From Bdellovibrionales bacterium (lineage in GTDB: Bacteria > Bdellovibrionota > Bdellovibrionia > Bdellovibrionales > UBA1609): DNA of 64,000 nucleotides. The stretch covers positions 159,263 to 223,262 of the forward strand of contig DAHVQG010000003.1 in assembly GCA_027317865.1 (NCBI GenBank). Direction: 5' to 3'. Under the pieces are notes generated by a model. It was given only the letters and a program-made list of their open reading frames with translations, was not told the origin of the DNA and did no database searches. The number at the start of each line of letters is the position of its first letter. Within the stretch, counting starts at the first letter, position 1. Made by a program: the position numbers and the translations under genes. Of the stretch, positions 27,805 through 38,200 are shown piece after piece.

Positions 27805-29679
27805 GTGTCGCCGAATCGCGGCTGGGTATTGATACTAATTGGATTACTCATCAGTTCGTTTATCGGCGGTGCGATCCACGTCCTATTGTCGCCTGAACGA
27901 ATCACCGAATTTGTCCACGATCTTGTCGATCAATACGAACCTAAATTTACGATTCAATTTCAAAATGCCCGTTTGCGGTTGGCGGAGGGGTGGGAGCCTA
28001 TCGTTGCCATTGAACTCGATAACGTCGACTTTAAAGCCAAAGATCCGTGTATTACGGGGTCAGAAATTTACGCCGATCACGTGATCGTACCTCTCCAAGT
28101 TATTCCGCTCATCGATAAGAAAGTTCGATTTGGCGATATTTACGCCCACAATCTTAAGTTTCAGTGGCGGCCGCCGGAGTGCCGCAAACAAACCTTATCA
28201 CAAAGCGTATCTGGACCGCATTCCGCGGATAAAAATGAGGATAAAATAGGTTTACTCGAGCGCTTCTTTCACGATCGTTGGAATTATGAAGTCGCCAATA
28301 CCGAAGAATTACTTCACGGGTTTGACGTGGCCAAGTTTGAATTTTTGGTGGGCGGCAAAATTTCATATTTTAGCGCGAACGATTTCCGAGCCCATTTCGA
28401 CACAGGTCGGCGTCAGGCAATCGTCCATGCAAACATTCGTCTCGGCCAACCGTGGGTGGGGGATGCTGGTTTCGGTGAATTTCGCATGACAGCTAAAATC
28501 AACGCGTCGAAAATTCGAGTCAGCGGAAATGGCAATCTTAAAGAAGGCCAAATCGCGGTAGATTCACAGTGGAATATCAGCACGGGCAATTTGAAACTAC
28601 GAGGGAATTTTACCGATCTGCCGATTCAGCGGGTTCTCGTATTGGCGAATCACTGGGGAGTGTTGTCGGCGTTTCATCCCGAATTACACGATGAATGGCT
28701 GTCTTGCGATTTGTCGTATGACGGTGACATTCGTGCCTTGCCGAAGGGTAAATTACAAGATTCTCAATGCCGAATGTATGGTGATTTGGGCGATTGGTTT
28801 TTAAAAACTCCTACGGTACAAATACAAAAACCTTTTCCGGTGAAGTGGCATCTTGTCCATGTCGATGTGAAAAAATGGCTAGATGGGTTCGGTGTCGGTT
28901 CGACGTGGGGAGTTGTTGGGCGCTTCGGCGATTTCACCGGAAATTTGGGTTTAGCTGGGGCTGAAAAACTGCAAATTGACGGAAGTCTTACCGGCTTCTC
29001 GGCCTATGTCGTAAGTAAACGGAACCGTGCTAAATTGAAGGTCAAAAATGTAAATTTGAATACGAGGATTCAGCCAAATCAAATTTCAGGCGAGCTCGCC
29101 CACATGCAAATCGAAAACGGCGTAATAGGCGGTTTGTTGAATTTTACCTTTAATAGGGCCGGAACGGGGCAGATCAATTTTAACTTGAAGAATGTCCGTT
29201 TGCCGTTGACGGTTCAACAAGTACTTTGGAGCGGGCACGCGGGTGCCACAGCTTTGGCGGGTACTTTGAAATTCAAAGGATTTCAAATGAATCAATTTGA
29301 CGGCAACCTTGCCATTCAACAACTGTCGTTAAATCCAGCCGGAAAATGGGCGGCGCTTGCAACAAAACTTATTTCATTTGTTTCGCCGCTGAATAGTTTA
29401 ACTAAAAATCTACCAGCCGGAATTGAGTGGAAGCACTTGCGGGCCCACATTTTATATCGTAACTCAATTGGCCACTGGCAACGATTTGAAGCCCACGCGG
29501 CGATACCAAACCGCTTTAATATTTTCACCGATTCAACGGGGGGCTGGTCAAATGCGGGCCAATTGACGGGCCGGATATTCATCAAGAGTTTCAATGACCG
29601 TTTTCGCGCAATAAGGTCGCGTGTTGTTTTGCTTAGCGGGAGTTGGCAAAATCCGCAGTTAATATTGCCGGCTCGGTAA
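27805..29679 (+). CDS. AsmA/TamB-like membrane-anchored beta-rich protein
   Basis: N-terminal TM, long beta-rich periplasmic region, C-terminal LSGSWQNPQL typical of AsmA-like proteins. Confidence 0.55.
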   Translation: MSPNRGWVLILIGLLISSFIGGAIHVLLSPERITEFVHDLVDQYEPKFTIQFQNARLRLAEGWEPIVAIELDNVDFKAKDPCITGSEIYADHVIVPLQVIPLIDKKVRFGDIYAHNLKFQWRPPECRKQTLSQSVSGPHSADKNEDKIGLLERFFHDRWNYEVANTEELLHGFDVAKFEFLVGGKISYFSANDFRAHFDTGRRQAIVHANIRLGQPWVGDAGFGEFRMTAKINASKIRVSGNGNLKEGQIAVDSQWNISTGNLKLRGNFTDLPIQRVLVLANHWGVLSAFHPELHDEWLSCDLSYDGDIRALPKGKLQDSQCRMYGDLGDWFLKTPTVQIQKPFPVKWHLVHVDVKKWLDGFGVGSTWGVVGRFGDFTGNLGLAGAEKLQIDGSLTGFSAYVVSKRNRAKLKVKNVNLNTRIQPNQISGELAHMQIENGVIGGLLNFTFNRAGTGQINFNLKNVRLPLTVQQVLWSGHAGATALAGTLKFKGFQMNQFDGNLAIQQLSLNPAGKWAALATKLISFVSPLNSLTKNLPAGIEWKHLRAHILYRNSIGHWQRFEAHAAIPNRFNIFTDSTGGWSNAGQLTGRIFIKSFNDRFRAIRSRVVLLSGSWQNPQLILPAR

Positions 29680-30657
29680 TATTCGGTCGAGCGCTTGGGT
29701 GGTCACTTTACCCAAAATATCTTGCAGCTTTTCGCCCAATTTTTTCTTGGGCAGAATTTTGATCCCAAATATGCGGGCATTGTGACGCTGCTCAAAGAGA
29801 TATTCATCGCTAGTTGCAATTTGATCAACCAGTTTCAATTCGAGGGCTCGAATTCCAGGCCAAAATTCTCCGGTTGCGACTTTAGCTATGTCGACCTGCG
29901 GCCGGTGAGAAGTAACAAAATTTTTGAACAGGGTATGGGCGTCTTCAATTTGCTCGCGAAATTTTGCCCGGCCCTTGTCGGTAATTTCACCTAGCATGCT
30001 GACAGTGCGTTTGTATTCCCCTGAGGTGATTTCTTCATAGTCGACGTCGTATTTTTTCAACAATCGGTGAACGTTTGGAACGGGCGCGACCACGCCGATT
30101 GAACCCATAATCGCGAAAGGTGCGGCCACAATTTTATCCGCCGTACACGCCATCATGTAGCCGCCGCTGGCCGCGATTTTATCAACGCAAACGGTGACCT
30201 TTAAGCCGGCATTTTTCAAACGCAAAATTTCAGCGGCGCCAAGTCCATATCCGTGAACGGTCCCGCCGGGACTTTCAACGCGTACAACAGCTTCATCGCC
30301 GGGTTTGGCGACAGTCAAAACAGCCGTGATTTCATCCCGAAGCTCTTTAACTTGAGACGCTTCCATATCCCCTTCGAAATCCAATACATAAATCTTTCGA
30401 AGTGGTTCATCGGCAGTTGCTTTTTTGCGTTCTTTTGCCGCTTTAACAAGTTTCTTAAGATCTTTTTTGTTCAGAACGACCGAACCCAGGTTCTGTTCGT
30501 AATCGTTGAGCTTTTCATTTACGTCTTCGATTTGAAAATCAGGTTTCATTTTGGACCGCAATGCGAGTCCAAAGATGAGCATGATCAGACCCGCAATCGC
30601 GAGAAAAATAATGACGACTTTGCCAAAAAATAGTCCGAACTCGATTAGATGGGCCAT
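29659..30657 (-). CDS. sohB: S49 family protease SohB
   Basis: VLDFEGD, ESPGGTVHGYGL, VDKIAASGGYMMAC, GSIGVV; start set at ATG 30657. Confidence 0.95.
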   Translation of the reverse strand: MAHLIEFGLFFGKVVIIFLAIAGLIMLIFGLALRSKMKPDFQIEDVNEKLNDYEQNLGSVVLNKKDLKKLVKAAKERKKATADEPLRKIYVLDFEGDMEASQVKELRDEITAVLTVAKPGDEAVVRVESPGGTVHGYGLGAAEILRLKNAGLKVTVCVDKIAASGGYMMACTADKIVAAPFAIMGSIGVVAPVPNVHRLLKKYDVDYEEITSGEYKRTVSMLGEITDKGRAKFREQIEDAHTLFKNFVTSHRPQVDIAKVATGEFWPGIRALELKLVDQIATSDEYLFEQRHNARIFGIKILPKKKLGEKLQDILGKVTTQALDRILPSRQY

Positions 30658-30741
30658 GTGAGGTTTACGCTCCTTAAAAACGTGAGCCTTTAAAACTAGA
30701 CTTTGCCGGCCCAATTGTAAAGGGCTCGCCTTTGATAGAGT

Positions 30742-31308
30742 ATGAGCGGCATGGAATTGTCGGAGGGGCCTAATTTCAGCGATAATAAGTCGAGGCGTTT
30801 GAAGATGCGTATTACGCTCAACTTAATTAATCGACGGTTTGCTGTTCGGGCGATGCTTTTGTCATGGGTTGTCGTGTTGATCGCGACCGGTGGCCTTTCG
30901 CGTGCGGCGGTTCTCCACCCAACCGAATTGCCGGGCCCGATACAAGAACAATTGCACGTGCGGCTGAAGAGGTTAAAAGCGCGCATTCGTGATTTTTATC
31001 ACCGTATGGCGCAAGAAAAGATCGCAAGGCGGCAGGAAGAAAAAGCCGCGCAACAAATGCGAATCGAGCGTAAGAAGATGCGGGTGCAATTTGTAAAAGC
31101 CCGCGAAGAATTCGTTGCTCAGCGAAAGCCCGAAATTAATATTGGCCACGCCCAATGGTTAAGGATGCAAAAAAAGCAAAAATTGATTTACGACGAGCAA
31201 CGCGAACAATATGTCGAAAGCCGCGAATTGTATCGCCGGTACGGCCGGCGAATGGGTCACATACCCGCCGACATCGAGTACGGAATTAATCCGAACGCCG
31301 AAAACTGA
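30742..31308 (+). CDS. Hypothetical coiled-coil exported protein
   Basis: Hydrophobic segment followed by charged helix; start uncertain. Confidence 0.6.
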   Translation: MSGMELSEGPNFSDNKSRRLKMRITLNLINRRFAVRAMLLSWVVVLIATGGLSRAAVLHPTELPGPIQEQLHVRLKRLKARIRDFYHRMAQEKIARRQEEKAAQQMRIERKKMRVQFVKAREEFVAQRKPEINIGHAQWLRMQKKQKLIYDEQREQYVESRELYRRYGRRMGHIPADIEYGINPNAEN

Positions 31309-31314
31309 TTTCAG

Positions 31315-32088
31315 CTACCGAACTTCGGCACGAAGAATTTCGTGCAGTTCAAGCCCGGTAATTCGGCGAAGGCTTCGAATCAAGTACCAAAGAACGCCGC
31401 CTGTGAAAAACATCATGGGGAATGCAATGATCAAATATCCCTCCCACGTCATGCGCGCAATCTGAGCGTTGAGGATTGCATCTTGTTGCGACGTTGAAAG
31501 CAAAGGATTAATCGGCAGAAATACGTGCATTGCCAGAAAAAAATTGGCGGTGGCGCTGATAAAAAACGACAATGAAAAAAGATCGGTGGCGCGGATAAAC
31601 AGCTTTTTTAATTCTAAATTGCCGGGTTGATTTGGCGAGGTTTGCCCGGCAATTGCCGCTTCAATTTTGCCTGTTTGAAAAACCTGGGCGTTCCAAAAGA
31701 GGCTGTAAAGAAAGGGCCGGCCGAGTCGATTGCCGAAAAAAATAGCAACCCCAATAATAGTCGGGAAAAAGGCTTCTTTAATCCAGAACCAGTGGCCGTG
31801 AAGTTTTAATAGCGCAAAACTGCCGGTGACCGAGATATTTAAAAGTCCAATCAGCGAGATCCAATTCACTTTCTTTTGTTTGATAAAATCAAACAAACCG
31901 TAAAAAAACGGCAGCGAAATGGCGACTAAAAGAGCCAGCGTGGGGCCCCATTCGCCAAGGCGGGAGGGGACAATTTTGCGTCCCTGATTGAGGATGATAA
32001 CCGGCAGTACGATGTTGAACAAAAGCATCCAAATCGGATTTTGTGGTTTGCTCGCTGGGCTCGATTTATGTTGGATTTCGTCTGTCAA
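31315..32088 (-). CDS. VC0807/YciB-like integral membrane protein
   Basis: NIVLPVIIL, WFWIKEA..P, SFFISATANF; about 6 TM. Confidence 0.7.
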   Translation of the reverse strand: MTDEIQHKSSPASKPQNPIWMLLFNIVLPVIILNQGRKIVPSRLGEWGPTLALLVAISLPFFYGLFDFIKQKKVNWISLIGLLNISVTGSFALLKLHGHWFWIKEAFFPTIIGVAIFFGNRLGRPFLYSLFWNAQVFQTGKIEAAIAGQTSPNQPGNLELKKLFIRATDLFSLSFFISATANFFLAMHVFLPINPLLSTSQQDAILNAQIARMTWEGYLIIAFPMMFFTGGVLWYLIRSLRRITGLELHEILRAEVR

Positions 32089-32190
32089 AGTCTTCTCCGT
32101 GACCTACTTTTTCATTGTTTAGCTGTAGATTCAACATTCGTCTTGATAAACTCTGCGGCATCGGGCAGTTTCACGCCGAAGGGGCCTTAA

Positions 32191-33036
32191 ATGCCTGAAC
32201 TTCCAGAAGTTGAAACCATTCGAACCGGACTCGCCGCAAGTTTATCGCGCGAATCACGGATTTGCTCGGTTCAAATACGCCGATCGAGTTTGCGTGTGCC
32301 GATTCCGCGTGAATTGGGCAGGTTGATTACGGGTAGCGAAGTGTACGCGGTTCGACGCCGGGCGAAGTTCTTACTTTTTGACATCGGTGATTACACGCTC
32401 ATTTCACATCTCGGTATGAGCGGCTCGTGGCGGTTTATTCAGGCCTCTAAAAATTCAGGTGACGAAAATCACGGTCGTTATTTGAAACATGATCATTTCA
32501 GTCTGCATTTTGCTGATGGGCGCGAGTTGGTATTGAACGATCCGCGACGTTTCGGATTGCTTGATGTTGCCCCTCGAGGTCTAGAAACCCAAAACCGCTG
32601 GTTGAAAAATCTTGGACTGGAGCCTTTAGGCCGCGATTTCACCGCTCAACAATTACGATCTCGCGCCAGTCACCGCCAGGTCATGGTAAAAAATTTTTTA
32701 ATGGATCAAAAAGTTGTTGTTGGAATCGGCAATATTTACGCTTCTGAGATCTTGCATCGCGCGGGGATACGGCCGAGCCGACGAGTGGACCGTTTGTCGA
32801 TTCGCCAGTGCAATGACGTCGTCGTGGCCACGCGTGAAGTTTTAGAGTCGGCCATTCGCGAAGGGGGCACGACGTTGCGAGATTATCGCGCACCGGATGG
32901 ATCGAACGGGAGATTCAAACGTGCTTTGCGTGTGTATGATCGCGCGGGGTTACCGTGTTTCAATTGTTCGGCGCCGATACAGTCGCGGGTAATGGCGGGG
33001 CGAGCGACGTATTGGTGTAGGGTTTGCCAAAAATGA
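32191..33036 (+). CDS. mutM: Formamidopyrimidine-DNA glycosylase
   Basis: MPELPEVE, HLGMSG, DPRRFG, GIGNIYASE, CFNC...CRVCQ zinc finger. Confidence 0.98.
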   Translation: MPELPEVETIRTGLAASLSRESRICSVQIRRSSLRVPIPRELGRLITGSEVYAVRRRAKFLLFDIGDYTLISHLGMSGSWRFIQASKNSGDENHGRYLKHDHFSLHFADGRELVLNDPRRFGLLDVAPRGLETQNRWLKNLGLEPLGRDFTAQQLRSRASHRQVMVKNFLMDQKVVVGIGNIYASEILHRAGIRPSRRVDRLSIRQCNDVVVATREVLESAIREGGTTLRDYRAPDGSNGRFKRALRVYDRAGLPCFNCSAPIQSRVMAGRATYWCRVCQK

Positions 33037-34307
33037 CAACAGTCAGCGACTCGCGTTCTAAAGAAACTATTTATAGCGCAATCAATTGGCCACTTGTTGT
33101 CACCGCCTACGCCACCATGTTTTGCTTAGGTACGCTTGATAATATTCGCGGGCCGTTTTTTCCGGATGTAACGCGGGACCTTCATCTCACAAATTTCCAA
33201 GCGGCGTTTTTTTACGCCGTCGTTAGCGGGATGGCCTTCGTTTCAGGCGCGGTGGTCGCGAAATCGGTTCAACGGTTCGGGCAACTCCCGGTTTTAAGAA
33301 TTGGGCAAATCACAATGGCCGTCGGGTTTGCTATTTTGTCGCGGGTTGAAACCTTTTGGCAAATGATTGGCGCTTGTATCGTATTTGGTTTGGGTTTTGG
33401 AGTTCTAAATGTCGCGCAAAACTTATTAATTCTAAATGCGACGTCGACAATTGGCCCTGACAACGGTGTCTATGGGCCGCGTCGGCGTCTCTTGTCCGGA
33501 CTCCATTCGATGTATGCATTTGCCTCAATTGTTGCCCCGTTGGTGGCGGCGTACTTTTTTCGCATTGGCGGGAACTGGCGCGAAGTCTTTTTGATTGCGG
33601 CAGTATTTGTATTGTCATCCTTTTTTATCAGCTTCTGGCCATCGAATACGCGAACAACGGCATCAGAGGCCGCGGGCTGCGCGTCGACGTCAGAGCCGGC
33701 AAAGTCGGCTAAATTACCGGTTGGCCGATTGTGGTTAGTGGCTTGCATGTTGTCGTTTTACTCACTCGCCGAGCTAACAGTTTCATCGCGTCTGGCGCTT
33801 TATTTACGTCATGGCTTTGGCTACAAACCCGCCGTAGCCGCAGAGGATGTCGCGCTTTTTTATTCATTCTTGCTCATCGGCCGCCTGATTTTTTTCTTTT
33901 TTCACTTTCGCTGGAGCACGCGTTCAATCATCGGGTGGGCACTCGTAGGTACGATTGCTTTTTTTCTAATTGGGTTGTCTTGGCGGCCCGACATTTTGGT
34001 TTTGTGCGGGTTATTTATGGCTCCCGTGTTCTGCTTGGGGATTGATTATATCGCCGAATTGTTCCCCGAAAACCCGAGCGTTGCGGTGAACAATTGCATT
34101 GCAATAAGCTGTCTGTTCATCGTGTTGATGCATATTTTACTTGGGATTTTAACCGATCAATATGGAATCGCACGCGCGTTTACAGTCGCACCGGTTTTTG
34201 CGGGGTTGTCACTTTTGTTCTTGTGGTTGAGCGCGGTAGAGACTGACAAGTCTTGGAAATTAGGCCGCCCGTGGCAACGGACCGACGCCTCAGTGACAAA
34301 GATTTGA
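33033..34307 (+). CDS. MFS transporter
   Basis: About 12 TM helices; ATGA overlap with mutM stop. Confidence 0.9.
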   Translation: MTTVSDSRSKETIYSAINWPLVVTAYATMFCLGTLDNIRGPFFPDVTRDLHLTNFQAAFFYAVVSGMAFVSGAVVAKSVQRFGQLPVLRIGQITMAVGFAILSRVETFWQMIGACIVFGLGFGVLNVAQNLLILNATSTIGPDNGVYGPRRRLLSGLHSMYAFASIVAPLVAAYFFRIGGNWREVFLIAAVFVLSSFFISFWPSNTRTTASEAAGCASTSEPAKSAKLPVGRLWLVACMLSFYSLAELTVSSRLALYLRHGFGYKPAVAAEDVALFYSFLLIGRLIFFFFHFRWSTRSIIGWALVGTIAFFLIGLSWRPDILVLCGLFMAPVFCLGIDYIAELFPENPSVAVNNCIAISCLFIVLMHILLGILTDQYGIARAFTVAPVFAGLSLLFLWLSAVETDKSWKLGRPWQRTDASVTKI

Positions 34308-34529
34308 CTAATGCATTTTATGGTTTTTAACCCGAGTTTTGATTTGGCAAACCGGGCACGCAGCTTCTTCGCGAAGATAGTAGTCATCGAGATATGTTTC
34401 GACCCGGATTTGCAAAGCTGAACCGCAGAGTGCGCACTGGTTTTGCGTCTCAACGAATAGTCGTTCCTGTGCCGTTAACGGTTTCATGACTCCGTCGCGC
34501 TTCGCGTTTGGTCGTTGGTGTTGATCCAT
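34308..34529 (-). CDS. Small CxxC-CxxC zinc-ribbon protein
   Basis: CALC...CPVC; SD GGAGGG before ATG 34529. Confidence 0.7.
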   Translation of the reverse strand: MDQHQRPNAKRDGVMKPLTAQERLFVETQNQCALCGSALQIRVETYLDDYYLREEAACPVCQIKTRVKNHKMH

Positions 34530-34627
34530 CGTGTGTCCCTCCAAGTTGCGGCGAAATGTGACCTCAATTCACATGTGCATGCAAAATTGGTACTCGGGAC
34601 AATAGGCCGGATTCTGTCGAATGCGGC

Positions 34628-35257
34628 CTAGACGTTGCGGGCGGCGTAGTATTCTGTGAACAAACCAGCATCGAAGTTAAATGGCACGTGTTCTGTACTC
34701 GGCACATTTTGCACAATTCCAACTTCTTTGCCGTTTTGTTCTTCTTTGCGCAAGAAATCAGCCACTTCAAGACGCGGTGACTGTTTGGCGCGTAAATAAA
34801 TTTGATTTTGAAAACCTTTGTCTGAGAGTGTGACTTGGTCTCCGACTTCTAAAACGTAAGAGCCGATATCGACTTTTTTGCCGTTCACTCGTACGTGGCC
34901 GTGCGAAGCAAGTTGTCGTGCCGCGCGGATACTCGGAGCAAAACCTAAGCGGAATACGACGTTGTCGAGACGGCGCTCTAACAGACCCATGAGTTTTGCT
35001 GTCCAGTTTGTGCCTTTGCCTGTTTTTGCATGACGAATAAATCGGCGCAACTGTTCTTCGCGCAGTTCATAATGTTGGCGAATTTTTTGTTTTTCTTCTA
35101 AGCGCAAAGCATAATCAGAAAACTTGCGGCGTTTGTTGCCGTTCTGACCGGGTGGATAGGGGCGCCGTTCAAGCGCGCCAGCTTTACCAAGTCCGGGGAG
35201 TTCGACTCCTAATCGACGTTGAATCCGAAATCGTGCCACTTTGCCCGTTTTGCTCAT
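34628..35257 (-). CDS. rpsD: 30S ribosomal protein S4
   Basis: PYPPGQNG, SDYALRLEEKQK, LERRLDNVVFRLG, ARQLASHGH. Confidence 0.97.
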   Translation of the reverse strand: MSKTGKVARFRIQRRLGVELPGLGKAGALERRPYPPGQNGNKRRKFSDYALRLEEKQKIRQHYELREEQLRRFIRHAKTGKGTNWTAKLMGLLERRLDNVVFRLGFAPSIRAARQLASHGHVRVNGKKVDIGSYVLEVGDQVTLSDKGFQNQIYLRAKQSPRLEVADFLRKEEQNGKEVGIVQNVPSTEHVPFNFDAGLFTEYYAARNV

Positions 35258-35329
35258 CCGTAGTTACCTCATATTGAACAGTAGAATAAGACGGCAGATA
35301 TACCGGGCTTTGGGGGCCTACGCAAGCGT

Positions 35330-36808
35330 TTAATGCAATTGCTGTTGGAGGATTGGCGCTGAGGTCGGCTTAGGGATCGTAATGGTTTGGGTGTGCAGAT
35401 AATTTTGGAGGTCATCGCTGAACGACGTGAGGTTGAAACCGGCCGCCATATTATCGCTAGCAGTTTCTCTCATGCCGGCGTTTTGGGCATGGCGACCGAG
35501 CGCAAACTGGCCGGGCCGTAAATTTGCGGTATTTTGCGCAATTGTGCCAGTAACCGAGACGCCAAACCCTAAAATCGAAAGAGCCCGGTAAGCGTTGAGA
35601 CGTTTTTCGTAGCGGGTTTTACCTGCGAGACGAATCGGATCGAGGTCCCCAGTCTGCGTTATCTGTGCGATTAGTCGAGCGGCATCGAAATCCGGATATT
35701 CAGCTTTAAGTAGGGCGGCAACCCCGCTGACGACGGCAGTAGCTTGCGATGTTCCTGTCAGATAGCCATAAAGGCCGCCGGGCAATGTCGAATAAACATT
35801 TTTACCGGGAGCTGCAATATCGACGGTGCGTGTCCCGTAATTGCTTGACTGTAAAACTTTGTCCCGACGGTTGTATGCCGTCACCGAGATAATGTTATCT
35901 AAACTGTAGTCGGCGGGGTAATAATGGTGAGTATCCGAATCGGAGTATTCGTTGCCGGCAGCGGCGACAAAGAGAATGCCTTTTTTGCGAGCTTCGGCGA
36001 TGGCCGCGCGTTCAGGGGCACTGGGTTCGAGTCCGCCTCCCGAGAAATTGATGATGTCAGCGTCATGATCGATGCAATAATGGATGGATTTGATTTCGTT
36101 GAGTAAGTTATTGTCCATCGGGTAACGAGGATCGTAATATTTAGCAATGATGAGAGTGACGCGCGGTGAAACGCCGATGACTCCGCCAGCCGCACCAGTT
36201 GCTCCGATAATGCCGGCCACGTGGGTGCCGTGACCTTCGTGATCGCTAATGTCGCCGTTACCCGTGATAAGGTTACATCCGTGAACGTCGTCGACGCAGC
36301 CGTCTTTGTCGTCGTCGATTTGATTGGTGGCTTTGTTTTGGCCCGCAGAATCGAGACCGGTTTCGCCGGGGTTGGTCCAGAGGTTGGCTTTTAAATCGGG
36401 GTGGTTGACGTCAATGCCGGTATCGATCACGCACACTTTAACTTTGCGGCTCCCTAAAATGTGATGTTTTCGCCAAGCTTCGAAAGCATTTATACTTTTA
36501 AGGTCCCATTTTTTTTGCGCAAATTGTTTATCAAAGCTCCTGTCATACAAAAGGGCGTCGAGTTGGCTCTTTTTCTCGGGCTTTTTGTAAACTGCTTTAC
36601 CAAGTACAATATTACGTGAGATGTGGGAGGCGCGAATACTGGCAAGATCGGTCTGGCTGAGTTCAAAATTCTGTCGGTCGGGATTCATATTATGGTCGGC
36701 TAGCATTCGAAGCGATTTTAGCCGGTAAAGATTAAAACAAAGAACAGCGGCAAGCGCGAACACGGCGATTATGAAGAAGGCTGTTTGTTGTTTATTTTTT
36801 CTTTTCAT
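35330..36808 (-). CDS. S8 subtilisin-like serine protease
   Basis: VIDTG, HGTHVAG, AAAGN, GTSQAT; SD GAGGGA before ATG 36808. Confidence 0.93.
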   Translation of the reverse strand: MKRKNKQQTAFFIIAVFALAAVLCFNLYRLKSLRMLADHNMNPDRQNFELSQTDLASIRASHISRNIVLGKAVYKKPEKKSQLDALLYDRSFDKQFAQKKWDLKSINAFEAWRKHHILGSRKVKVCVIDTGIDVNHPDLKANLWTNPGETGLDSAGQNKATNQIDDDKDGCVDDVHGCNLITGNGDISDHEGHGTHVAGIIGATGAAGGVIGVSPRVTLIIAKYYDPRYPMDNNLLNEIKSIHYCIDHDADIINFSGGGLEPSAPERAAIAEARKKGILFVAAAGNEYSDSDTHHYYPADYSLDNIISVTAYNRRDKVLQSSNYGTRTVDIAAPGKNVYSTLPGGLYGYLTGTSQATAVVSGVAALLKAEYPDFDAARLIAQITQTGDLDPIRLAGKTRYEKRLNAYRALSILGFGVSVTGTIAQNTANLRPGQFALGRHAQNAGMRETASDNMAAGFNLTSFSDDLQNYLHTQTITIPKPTSAPILQQQLH

Positions 36809-36868
36809 ATAATCCCTCGATCTGTAGTAAAAGACATCTCGCAGTTGAACGCTCAATAGATAGTAAGA

Positions 36869-36883
36869 GCAATTGCGGTGCCG
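36869..36883 (-). promoter_or_regulatory. Sigma-54 promoter of the subtilase
   Basis: Minus strand CGGCAC-CGCAA-TTGC, a full consensus match. Confidence 0.75.
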
Positions 36884-36913
36884 TCCCCGTGCGCGTACAA
36901 GTATTCGTAATCA

Positions 36914-38200
36914 TTGAATTATCGACTTGAGACGCGCGCAATTCGCGTTCATGATATAGTGAACTGTCAACTTTTTAGACAGAGGTACATCATTCGCCGC
37001 GTTCGCATTCGCATTATTGGTATTACCCTATTTTTTCTTGTGGGTTACACGGTTATAAAAGCAGTCGAAATTCTGCCGTCACAGCCGTGGCTCGCGGTGG
37101 CGCTTGCACTCGGAATCTTCGTGCTCATAATCGGTTGGCAGTGGATCAGTCACCACCCACAATGGAACGTCAACGATAAAATTTGGTATCGAGTGCTGGC
37201 GTGGTGCGCTTCAGAGGTCATGTCGTTTTGGTCCATATTTATTCCGCTTTCGTTTGTAACAGATTTAATTTATCTTTTCGTGCGGACAGGCTTACTCGAG
37301 GCACACGCGCGACCTTTGCCATTTTCGATGCGCAGCCTCGAATTTTTTATGTTGACGGTCACTGCGGTGATGACGATTGCCGGATATATCATCGCGCTGG
37401 CCGGCCCGAAGGTGCGCGATGTGACGGTGCCGATTGAAGGGCTGCCGGCCGACCTAAATGGTTTAAAAATCGCCCAGATCAGCGATTTGCATGTCGGCTC
37501 AACGATTCGCCGCCGTTACGTTGAGCGCGTGGTCGCCAGAGCCAACGCCGTGCAAGCCGATTTGGTGACGGTCACGGGGGACCTTCTGGACGGCTGGGCG
37601 GAGCGGTTAACAGAGCATCTTAACCCACTATCCGGATTACAATCGCGCCACGGCGTCTACTACGTTACAGGCAACCACGAATATTATTGGGACGCTCACC
37701 AAACGATCGACAAAATAAAGCAATTTGGTTTTGTCCCGCTTATAAACGAAAGCGTGCCGTTAAAAATCGGCGAGACGCACGTTTTAGTCAGCGGTATTAC
37801 TGATCCGGCCGGACGAATGCTATCTGAAGATCACGTCCCGGATGTCGCGCGGGCCGCGCGCATGGTAGGGGCGGCGCAAGCAGCGCATTTGAACTCAGAC
37901 TTGCATCAGGGCGCGGACGTTGTAAAACCCCTTTTGCGCGTGCTTCTGTCGCATCGACCTGACGTTTATCGCGAAGCCGAGGAGCATGGATTTCATCTGC
38001 AGTTATCAGGGCACACGCACGGCGGCCAATATTTTCCGTACAATTTGATGATGCGATTTTTTCATAAATTTCATCGCGGACTTCATCAATACGGTCGGCT
38101 TGCCATCTACGTCAACCCGGGGAGTGGTTACTGGGCCCCGGCAAACCGTTTAGGCGTTCCGGCAGAGATTAGCGTTCTTACGTTGGTTTCGCCCGTATAG
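36914..38200 (+). CDS. Membrane-anchored calcineurin-like metallophosphoesterase (YkuE/YaeI-like)
   Basis: SDLH, TGDLLD, GNHEYY, SHRP, SGHTHGGQ; start uncertain. Confidence 0.92.
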   Translation: MNYRLETRAIRVHDIVNCQLFRQRYIIRRVRIRIIGITLFFLVGYTVIKAVEILPSQPWLAVALALGIFVLIIGWQWISHHPQWNVNDKIWYRVLAWCASEVMSFWSIFIPLSFVTDLIYLFVRTGLLEAHARPLPFSMRSLEFFMLTVTAVMTIAGYIIALAGPKVRDVTVPIEGLPADLNGLKIAQISDLHVGSTIRRRYVERVVARANAVQADLVTVTGDLLDGWAERLTEHLNPLSGLQSRHGVYYVTGNHEYYWDAHQTIDKIKQFGFVPLINESVPLKIGETHVLVSGITDPAGRMLSEDHVPDVARAARMVGAAQAAHLNSDLHQGADVVKPLLRVLLSHRPDVYREAEEHGFHLQLSGHTHGGQYFPYNLMMRFFHKFHRGLHQYGRLAIYVNPGSGYWAPANRLGVPAEISVLTLVSPV

